A DNA stretch of 43,448 nucleotides from a virus: positions 1 through 43,448 of the IMG/VR virus record IMGVR_UViG_3300017408_000001, one strand, 5' to 3'. Shown here piece by piece: positions 24,552-31,149 of this stretch; the stretch's first letter is position 1, and each line of letters opens with the position of its first letter. The notes below the pieces were generated by a model. The model was given only the letters and a program-made list of their open reading frames with translations, had not been told where the DNA came from and made no database searches. A program made the translations under genes and the position numbers.

Positions 24552-25481
24552 TTACCCGTTCGTGACGATCAGTTCACCCGCCCGCTTGCCTTTACCCACG
24601 GTCGCGGTCGCCAGCGTGTAGGTGGTCTGCACCTCGTCGAACGCAAACCGTCCGAACACGTCTCGCGCGCCGGCTGTGTCGTTGATCGACAGAATGAACC
24701 GGCCCGCGATCCCGGCCAGCTGCTCGGCCAGCCGTTCGAAGTCGGCCCGCTCGAACCCGCTGTCGCCATAGTCCGTCTCGCAGTCCCAGTAGGGCGGATC
24801 GAGATAGAACAGGACGTCGGGCCCATCATAGCGTCGGATCAGATCGCTGTAGTTCAGCTGTTCGATCACGACGCCAGCAAGCCGATCGTGGATCTCGGCC
24901 AGCAGCGGCTCCAGCTTGCTCACGTCGAACCGGCCGGGAGTGCGCCGATCGACACCGAAGTTGCGCCCGTTCACCTTGCCGCCGAACGCCAGGCGCTGGA
25001 GGTAGAGGAACCGGGCCGCGCGCTCCAAGTCGGTCAGCGTGCCAGCGTCGACCTTCACCAGCCGCGCGAACTCGGCCCGACTGGTGATCTGCCAACGCAG
25101 CACATCCATGAACTGCGGATAGTGCCGCTGCAGGATGCGGAACAGGTTGGCCACGTCGCCCGACAGGTCGTTGATGACCTCGGCACGTGGCCGGCTGGTG
25201 CGGCGCAGGAACACGCCGCCCATGCCCACGAACGGCTCGACGTAAGTGTTGTGCGGGATGGTGGCAATCTGGGCGACGAGGCGCTGCGCCAGGTTGCGCT
25301 TGCCGCCGACGTAAGGCGCGGCCGGCGAGGCCGGGCGCACAGGCGTAAGGTCCCCTGGAATTCCAAGGCACCCTTCCGAAACGGGAATACCCGTTTCGGC
25401 TTGCGGGAAGTCAACGGGGATTGCCGTAGACGTCTGCTGGTCCCTGCTGATCTGCAGGGACCGATCTTCGATAGACTCCAT
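24552..25481 (-). CDS. dam: Orphan DNA adenine methyltransferase, Dam/D12 class
   Basis: Motifs PYVGGKRNLAQRL (motif X/I region), FVEPFVGMGGVF (AdoMet site) and FYLDPPYW (DPPY catalytic motif). There is a 55-aa N-terminal extension, and an internal GTG start is possible. No adjacent restriction gene was recognised. Confidence 0.9.
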   Translation of the reverse strand: MESIEDRSLQISRDQQTSTAIPVDFPQAETGIPVSEGCLGIPGDLTPVRPASPAAPYVGGKRNLAQRLVAQIATIPHNTYVEPFVGMGGVFLRRTSRPRAEVINDLSGDVANLFRILQRHYPQFMDVLRWQITSRAEFARLVKVDAGTLTDLERAARFLYLQRLAFGGKVNGRNFGVDRRTPGRFDVSKLEPLLAEIHDRLAGVVIEQLNYSDLIRRYDGPDVLFYLDPPYWDCETDYGDSGFERADFERLAEQLAGIAGRFILSINDTAGARDVFGRFAFDEVQTTYTLATATVGKGKRAGELIVTNG

Positions 25482-25859
25482 GATGTGTGGTGCTCATACA
25501 AGCCCCGCCCTGTCAGGGCAGCGGGGCGTTAGCGGCTAGGCCAGCCGCGCGTGACGAGGAGGTGCCCACCACTCGTCGGTTGCCGTGTTAGCGCACGGCA
25601 CCCCCGCTCCGGCCTAAATACGGGATTTGCCCGTAATTAGATGCCAGGCGGACGTGTCTCTTAAGGCGTGGATCCGAACTACCGGGAAATATGCGGTAGT
25701 TGCCTAAAAAATGGCGGTTTTCTGCGGCTTTGACCGTGGATCCGAAGGTGGTGAGTCCGCAGGCCCGAAATGGCAGTGAGCAGCACCCGAAAGCCGCAGA
25801 TTTCTGCGGTTTATAGGGGGTGATCCGACCTGGAGCGCACAACCCCCTTTTCAGGTCTA
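25482..25859. other. 378-bp hairpin-rich non-coding spacer (candidate sRNA/leader/terminator cluster)
   Basis: Stem-loops lie at 25502-25527, 25553-25577, 25581-25600, 25619-25635, 25677-25701, 25794-25809 and 25815-25848 (the last is followed by TTTT on plus). An 11-nt inverted repeat pairs TCTGCGGCTTT (25721) with AAAGCCGCAGA (25790). A 12-nt direct repeat CGTGGATCCGAA lies at 25667 and 25735. No ORF with an RBS is present. Confidence 0.6.
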
Positions 25860-26366
25860 TCACGGTACGGCGATAACGTCGAAGACGATGCCAGCGCCAG
25901 CCACCTTGCGTGGAAATAGCCCCAGGCCACCGATCGACTGATCGATGTAACATTTGATCGTGGCGCCGGTCGTAGTGACGGTGCCGATCACGCCGTAGCA
26001 TTGCGGCACCGCCTGGTCCGCGCTGGTGACGTACTCGGTGATGTCGAGCGCAGGCACGGTCGGCATCGCAGCCCACGTGATCGTTGCCGTGCCGTTCGAC
26101 CCGGTCACCGCTTGCTTGACCGACCGCGTGATCCGAGGCGCCTGCGCGCCGATCGGACGGAACACGAGCGACGGGTCGGCCACTCCTGTCGTAGTCATGT
26201 CGGGCGATGGGATCGTCGTGGCGGGCTGCGGGATCTGCGCGGCGATCGCCGTCACTTCCGACTTCGTCGCAAGCGTGCTCGTGTCGACAGGCTTGGGCAC
26301 GACAGCGAGCTGCGCGTGCGCGGCGCCAGGAAGCGCTAGAGCGAGGGCATAGATCAGATGGCGCAT
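25860..26366 (-). CDS. Secreted hypothetical protein (168 aa)
   Basis: An AAGGAG RBS lies 5 nt before ATG 26366. The N-terminus MRHLIYALALALPGAAHAQ looks like a signal peptide. The rest is Thr/Ala/Pro-rich and looks beta-rich. Confidence 0.6.
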   Translation of the reverse strand: MRHLIYALALALPGAAHAQLAVVPKPVDTSTLATKSEVTAIAAQIPQPATTIPSPDMTTTGVADPSLVFRPIGAQAPRITRSVKQAVTGSNGTATITWAAMPTVPALDITEYVTSADQAVPQCYGVIGTVTTTGATIKCYIDQSIGGLGLFPRKVAGAGIVFDVIAVP

Positions 26367-26380
26367 GGTCACTCCTTGCT

Positions 26381-26629
26381 TTAAGCGGGCGGTCGCCCAA
26401 ACACTGAGAGGTGCAGATCGCGCTGGATCTGCTCGAGCGTGGCCGTAGGCTCGACAAGACAGCGGAACTCAGCCGGACCGCTGAGCAACAAGGCATCGAG
26501 CTGCTTGATGATGTCGCGCATGACGATACGCGGCCCGCTGTAGCGAGGGCTCCCATCCCATAGCTTGATCTTGGCAAGCGCGATCAGCCGCATGTCCGAG
26601 ATGTGTTGCACGTCGTCACGGGTCAGCAT
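26381..26629 (-). CDS. Hypothetical 82-aa cytoplasmic protein
   Basis: A GAGG RBS lies 8 nt before ATG 26629. The ORF-track N-terminal extension overlaps the beta-helix gene. Confidence 0.5.
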   Translation of the reverse strand: MLTRDDVQHISDMRLIALAKIKLWDGSPRYSGPRIVMRDIIKQLDALLLSGPAEFRCLVEPTATLEQIQRDLHLSVFGRPPA

Positions 26630-26712
26630 CGGCCCAGCCTCGTGATCAGCACTACGGCTGTTACCAACACACGGGCGGTGCCGATCGCCAGGCGGTCCAT
26701 GAGCGCGCTCAT
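26623..26712 (-). CDS. Micro-ORF, 29-aa hydrophobic peptide
   Basis: The ATG 26712 overlaps the beta-helix gene stop as ATGA. Its own stop overlaps the next start (ATGCTGA). Encodes MSALMDRLAIGTARVLVTAVVLITRLGRC. Confidence 0.35.
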   Translation of the reverse strand: MSALMDRLAIGTARVLVTAVVLITRLGRC

Positions 26713-28937
26713 CGGGTAACCCCCGCGCTGCGCCTGTCACGCACGTTGCCATCGATGTCCCAAGGTAGGAACTCGTTGTCGTTGGCCGCCATGAGGCCGA
26801 TGACCGGACTTCCCGCCTGGAGCGTGTAGGTGCCGCCGCCCGGCCCAGCCACGCCAGTCGAGCCCGTGTTCGTGGTACCCCGGTAATCGGTCCAGAGGGG
26901 ATCGTTGCGCACCGTGTTGCTGGTGCCGTAGATCGACCCGCGCCCCGCATAGTCCTGCGAGAACACGGCACCCTGGCCCACTACGCCGCCGTCGGCCGCG
27001 ACGTACTGGCTCCAGTTGTAGGCCCAGCCCACGCCATATCGCTGCGACCAGTTGCCCGTAGCGTTCGGAGCATTGGTCGGATCTGGCGTGCCGTTGTTGT
27101 TGGTCGCGACGAAGACGTCGCCCTTCATGTTCACCTGCGTAAAGATGTTCTGACGCACCAGCCACAGCTTGTGCACGCGGCTCTGGGCTCCGCTGGCGAG
27201 CGTACCGTCGACGTAAGCCCAGTTGTGCCGGTGATACTCGTTGAAGCCGGTGAAGGTGTTGTACGCGACGATCAGGTTGGTGACATTCCCGATGCCGCTG
27301 TCTCCGCCAAAGCGGTTCGTATCGGTGGCGGCTGACCCGACGTACTCGGACAGGTTCGAGACGAAGGCGTAGCCTGTCAGGTTGTAGCTCTGCCCGAAGC
27401 CCATCAGCTGATTGGCTACGCGCTGGAACCGATTGAAGGCCGTAATTCCACCATTTGCCGGACGCGCCGACACGTCGCCCAGCGATGCGCCATTCTGGAA
27501 GTTGCTGCCGAGCACGAGATAACCCTCGATCGCGGTCGGCGCCGTGCCGCTGACCGACAAACCTCGCAGCAGACGATCCTCATAGGCGGTCGAAGCGCCA
27601 AGGATGTTGCCCGCCGCGTTCGTGATGGTTAGGCCGTTTGCGGCGATCGAGGTGCTGACCATGGCGGTGGTCTGCCCGGCATTGTCGATCTGGACGTTCT
27701 CGGCGCGAAGGCTCGGACTGGCGCCTGTGGTGGTTCGGGAGAGCTTGATATTGCGATAGAGCAGATAGAGCTGGCGATTGTTGGCGACGGGCGCCGTCAC
27801 CACTGCCGTACTGTCGGCCGGATCCGCCTCGATGGTGAGCGAGCCGCCGTTCGTGTTCTGATACGTGCCGGTGGTCCACGCCGTCGAGTTCGGCACTGAT
27901 CCCTGGATGCGGATGATCGCGCCCGAGGTGACGCCGCCGGTCAGCATCGTCGCGGATTGCAGCGCTCGCGCCGCTCCCGTGGTGCTCGCGAGCGTAGCGA
28001 AGGGATTGGCGCAAGCGGTCGCCGGGTTGGTGGAGACCTTGACCACGCCGCCGCTGGTCGCCCCTGAGGCGAGCACAGCGACATCCACCCCGGTTGTCGC
28101 GTTGACGCACACGTAGGGCGGTGCCGCGGCCTTGGCGGTATCCTTGAAGAAGTACCGCGGGCTGAACTCGCGAGCGACGGCACTGTCCGCTGATCGCAGT
28201 ATCGACGCCGAAGAGCCGACACGTGGGTAGACCTCGGCGTTTACGGTGATCACCGCGCTGTTGGCGAGCGCGCTGATGTCGGTGGCCGGAAGAATATATG
28301 CCTGCACGACGCCCTGGTCGGTGCTGTAGTTCGTCGACTTGCTGATCGTGGGCACGTTGACCGTGATCGTCGTCGTGCCATCGCTAATCAGGTAGCGCAC
28401 GTCGGCGATGCCATTGCGATGGAAGGCTACCACCTCGATCGGCACGACGCTTCCACCGATGGTGTTGCCGACGACCTTCTGGTCGAGCGTGGCGAAGTTG
28501 GCCACGGCCTTGGGGCTGGCCTCGGCCGAGTTGTTGACGACGCCTGGGGCGGTGTCGGTCGAGTAGACGTAATCGGAGAGCGCGACAGTCGAGGCGGTCA
28601 GGCTCGCCTGGTTGGGATAGGGCAGGCGAACGCGCGTGGTGACGTAGACCGTGTCGCTGATCGTCGTCGTGTTGCCCGAGCCGTCGTACCCTTGCCTCGA
28701 CAGCGATAAGGGCAGCGGCGAGCTGATCGACGGCGTCGAGGGCGTGTCAGCCTGCCAGCCACTGCTGGCGATCGAGGCGATCGGGCTTGAGTTGACCGGC
28801 AGGAACGAGCGAAGCAGCTGCATCTGCTGCATGCGAGGCCGGTTGATGATCGACTGCGCGGGACTCGGTGCAACCAAGCCCAGGCCGAAGGCGACAACGA
28901 GCGCATAGAAAAGCGCGAGACAGCGGCGCCGGATCAT
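26709..28937 (-). CDS. Right-handed beta-helix (pectate-lyase-fold) protein with N-terminal signal peptide
   Basis: Start ATG 28937 overlaps the upstream stop as ATGA. The N-terminus is MIRRRCLALFYALVVAFGLGLVAPSPAQS. The body is long and Asn/Gly/Thr/Ser-rich. The C-terminal pattern YTLQAGSPVIGLM......LPWDIDGNVR is typical of parallel beta-helix polysaccharide enzymes. Confidence 0.65.
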   Translation of the reverse strand: MIRRRCLALFYALVVAFGLGLVAPSPAQSIINRPRMQQMQLLRSFLPVNSSPIASIASSGWQADTPSTPSISSPLPLSLSRQGYDGSGNTTTISDTVYVTTRVRLPYPNQASLTASTVALSDYVYSTDTAPGVVNNSAEASPKAVANFATLDQKVVGNTIGGSVVPIEVVAFHRNGIADVRYLISDGTTTITVNVPTISKSTNYSTDQGVVQAYILPATDISALANSAVITVNAEVYPRVGSSASILRSADSAVAREFSPRYFFKDTAKAAAPPYVCVNATTGVDVAVLASGATSGGVVKVSTNPATACANPFATLASTTGAARALQSATMLTGGVTSGAIIRIQGSVPNSTAWTTGTYQNTNGGSLTIEADPADSTAVVTAPVANNRQLYLLYRNIKLSRTTTGASPSLRAENVQIDNAGQTTAMVSTSIAANGLTITNAAGNILGASTAYEDRLLRGLSVSGTAPTAIEGYLVLGSNFQNGASLGDVSARPANGGITAFNRFQRVANQLMGFGQSYNLTGYAFVSNLSEYVGSAATDTNRFGGDSGIGNVTNLIVAYNTFTGFNEYHRHNWAYVDGTLASGAQSRVHKLWLVRQNIFTQVNMKGDVFVATNNNGTPDPTNAPNATGNWSQRYGVGWAYNWSQYVAADGGVVGQGAVFSQDYAGRGSIYGTSNTVRNDPLWTDYRGTTNTGSTGVAGPGGGTYTLQAGSPVIGLMAANDNEFLPWDIDGNVRDRRSAGVTR

Positions 28938-29755
28938 GGCGCGACCCAGCTGTTCGCTACCACGATAGGCGTGCCGGTGGTGAAGGCGTAGAGCGCGGTC
29001 GAAGGCGCGAACAGGAACGTGTACGTCGTGCCTGCCCCGGCACCGCTCGGGATCAACGCATCGTAGCTCGTCGCGCTGCATGCGGTCGCCTGCGTGGTGC
29101 AAAGGAACAGGTTGGCGGTCAGCGCGGCCTCGACCTGGACAGTAAGGCCGATGCGCCCTGACGCGGCCCCGCTGATGCTCGTGGCGGTGCTCGCGGTCAG
29201 TGTGGTGCGGGTCGATGCGGCAAGGCCTTGTGCAGGCGCGAGACCGCCCCGCGTGTCAGTGCTGAGCGCCCGCAGGTTGCCGCTCGGGCCCGTGCCCGCG
29301 ATCTGCTGGGCATAGGCCGGGGCAGCGCCGCCCGGCGTGCCGGTCGATGGCGTGGCGCTGGTCGTGTTGACGGTCCAGGTGCCCGACTGCGTGACCGCGT
29401 GCGTGCCGACTGTCAGCGGCGCCGTGAGCAGGCTCTTCACGTCAATCAGCAGCGCGTTGGTGGAGCCTGCTGCCGGCGATGTCGTCGCGCCAATGCGGTC
29501 GCGGATCGCCTGCTCCGCCGTGATCTGCGTCGTCTGGTTCGCGGCGGAAGCATCGCCGCCCCCGCCACCTCCGCCCCCGCCTCCCGACGTACATGGCGCC
29601 CATGTCGTGCCGCTGTCGGCCGAGCAGAAAGATGCTTGTCCCGGAAGGAAGCCGGCCGGTGCCTTGGCTGTCGTGCCTGGGGCTACCTGGGCGAAGGCTA
29701 CGCACGGAAGAAGGGCAAGCGCCATCGCGCCCGCAATGCGGGTTAGAAATCTCAT
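28934..29755 (-). CDS. Secreted hypothetical protein (273 aa) with Gly10 tract
   Basis: An AAAGGA RBS precedes the start. Signal peptide MRFLTRIAGAMALALLPCVAFAQV. G58-G67 is a run of ten glycines. The rest is Thr/Ala/Ser-rich. Confidence 0.6.
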   Translation of the reverse strand: MRFLTRIAGAMALALLPCVAFAQVAPGTTAKAPAGFLPGQASFCSADSGTTWAPCTSGGGGGGGGGGDASAANQTTQITAEQAIRDRIGATTSPAAGSTNALLIDVKSLLTAPLTVGTHAVTQSGTWTVNTTSATPSTGTPGGAAPAYAQQIAGTGPSGNLRALSTDTRGGLAPAQGLAASTRTTLTASTATSISGAASGRIGLTVQVEAALTANLFLCTTQATACSATSYDALIPSGAGAGTTYTFLFAPSTALYAFTTGTPIVVANSWVAP

Positions 29756-29781
29756 GGCAGTCCTTTCGGTGGAGGTGGCGC

Positions 29782-30354
29782 TCAGGCGCCCAGAATGATC
29801 TTGGTAAGCAGCGGAAGCACATCGACGCGCTTGGGGCCGATTGGCCGGTAGGACGGCCTGGCCACGCCGCTGTAGACCAGGGCCCGCAGATCGGCCGGCC
29901 ACTTGCCGTCGAAGAACATGGCGCGCTCGATCTTGGCGCGCTCCAGTGCGTTGCCCCGGTCGGTCCAATTCATGAAGCTGGCGCGGCTCTTGTCGCGCTT
30001 GCCGGCGCACCAGTGCTCGACCCAATCGGCAGTTCCAATCGCGCCAAAGTGCCATTGAAACGACAGAGCGGCGGCGAGCTGGATCTCGGTTAGGTCATGT
30101 TCGGCGAAGGCGCGGTGGACGGCCGGGTAGTACTGCTTGCGCATGAGGTCGACGGTCGCGCGCAGGCACGTTTCCAGTGACTGCGGCTTGTCCTTGTACT
30201 GCAGCACGTCGAAACCCGACTTTGTTGAGATCCCGCCCGCCCAGGTCCACACCGGCGGCTTGGCATTGTCCTTGTACGCCTCGAGCACGATGCCCTCGAC
30301 GCTGCAGCAGTACGCGGCAATGCGCGGCGTTAACGCCGTGACGATGATGTCCAT
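29782..30354 (-). CDS. Putative endolysin (lysozyme-like)
   Basis: AAGG lies 7 nt before ATG 30354. SVEGIVLEAYKDNAKPPVWTWAGGIST resembles the E-x8-D-x5-T catalytic arrangement of GH24-type lysozymes. It lies directly after two membrane-protein genes. Confidence 0.6.
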   Translation of the reverse strand: MDIIVTALTPRIAAYCCSVEGIVLEAYKDNAKPPVWTWAGGISTKSGFDVLQYKDKPQSLETCLRATVDLMRKQYYPAVHRAFAEHDLTEIQLAAALSFQWHFGAIGTADWVEHWCAGKRDKSRASFMNWTDRGNALERAKIERAMFFDGKWPADLRALVYSGVARPSYRPIGPKRVDVLPLLTKIILGA

Positions 30355-30400
30355 CAATCTACCTTTCGGGGAGAGCGCGGCGCGATGCCTGCGCGGGGAC

Positions 30401-30784
30401 TTACTTGCCCGTTTTCTTGGGGGAGCAGCGCACTAGGTCGTGGATGCGGTTCAGTCGCGCCCAGACGGCCACCGGGTATCGCTGGCGTAGGACGTTGTAG
30501 AGCATCGACCCCTTGTAGACGAAGGTGGAGAACGCCAGCAGTACGCCCATGCCGGTCACACCGGGCGGCACTGTGGCGCCTTCGCCGGTGCCCCACGACC
30601 AGAGGAAACGCAGGCCAGCGTAGATCAGCACCGAAGAGAAGGCGAAGAACACGTTCAACAGCCACTTGGGCGCTTTGGGGTAGTTCGCCATGCCAGGTTC
30701 GAGCAGGAAGTGCCGCAACAGCCCGCATAGCCCTGCGATGAGGTAGAACAGGCCAGCGAATAGCGAGTTGATCAGTGGGGTCAT
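30401..30784 (-). CDS. Membrane protein (127 aa, 3-4 TM), holin/antiholin candidate
   Basis: ATGA overlap with the upstream holin-like gene. Hydrophobic segments include LFAGLFYLIAGLCGLL, LLNVFFAFSSVLIYAGL and GMGVLLAFSTFVY. Confidence 0.5.
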   Translation of the reverse strand: MTPLINSLFAGLFYLIAGLCGLLRHFLLEPGMANYPKAPKWLLNVFFAFSSVLIYAGLRFLWSWGTGEGATVPPGVTGMGVLLAFSTFVYKGSMLYNVLRQRYPVAVWARLNRIHDLVRCSPKKTGK

Positions 30785-31098
30785 GACTTGGAACCTCCGA
30801 GCTTGAACGACTCTGCCCAGTCGCGGATCTTGCCGACAAAGATTGGAATGAGGGGGTTGCAGACGAGGCCGACCGCAATGGCGAGCGGGAACGGCTCGGG
30901 TTGCACCAGGAACCCCCATCGGTGGCCGAGCGCTGGCACTAGCAAGGGCGCGAGTACGGCACCGGTGAACACCGAAAACAGCAGGACCACGAAAGCGAAC
31001 TTGCCGGGCGGGTCCGCGCTGGCGGCGGCCAGGTACATCGGGAAAGCGTAGATCAACGCACCGATGCCGCCGAAGAGGTAAAGTAGGGGGTTGTTCAT
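30781..31098 (-). CDS. Holin-like membrane protein (105 aa, 3 TM)
   Basis: GGAG lies 5 nt before ATG 31098. Hydrophobic segments: LLYLFGGIGALIYAFPMYLAA, FAFVVLLFSVFTGAVLAPLLV and LAIAVGLVCNPLIPIFV. Confidence 0.5.
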   Translation of the reverse strand: MNNPLLYLFGGIGALIYAFPMYLAAASADPPGKFAFVVLLFSVFTGAVLAPLLVPALGHRWGFLVQPEPFPLAIAVGLVCNPLIPIFVGKIRDWAESFKLGGSKS

Positions 31099-31149
31099 AC
31101 CAACTCCGTGGTGGTTGATCATGTGGCGCGCGGGCTGTAGGAACTAGGG

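Noticed and set aside
25692-25701. GCGGTAG core resembling the RfaH ops element (GGCGGTAGnnTG) in one of the spacer hairpins, possibly linked to the NusG-like protein.
   Set aside because: It is only a partial match. It lies on the plus strand, opposite to the late operon that the NusG-like factor would serve, and it is about 16 kb away in transcription order. It is probably coincidence.
25721-25809. Retron-like msr/msd: inverted repeats flanking a structured non-coding segment.
   Set aside because: There is no reverse-transcriptase gene anywhere in the window. The neighbouring gene is a Dam methylase. The repeats fit terminator/antiterminator alternatives better.
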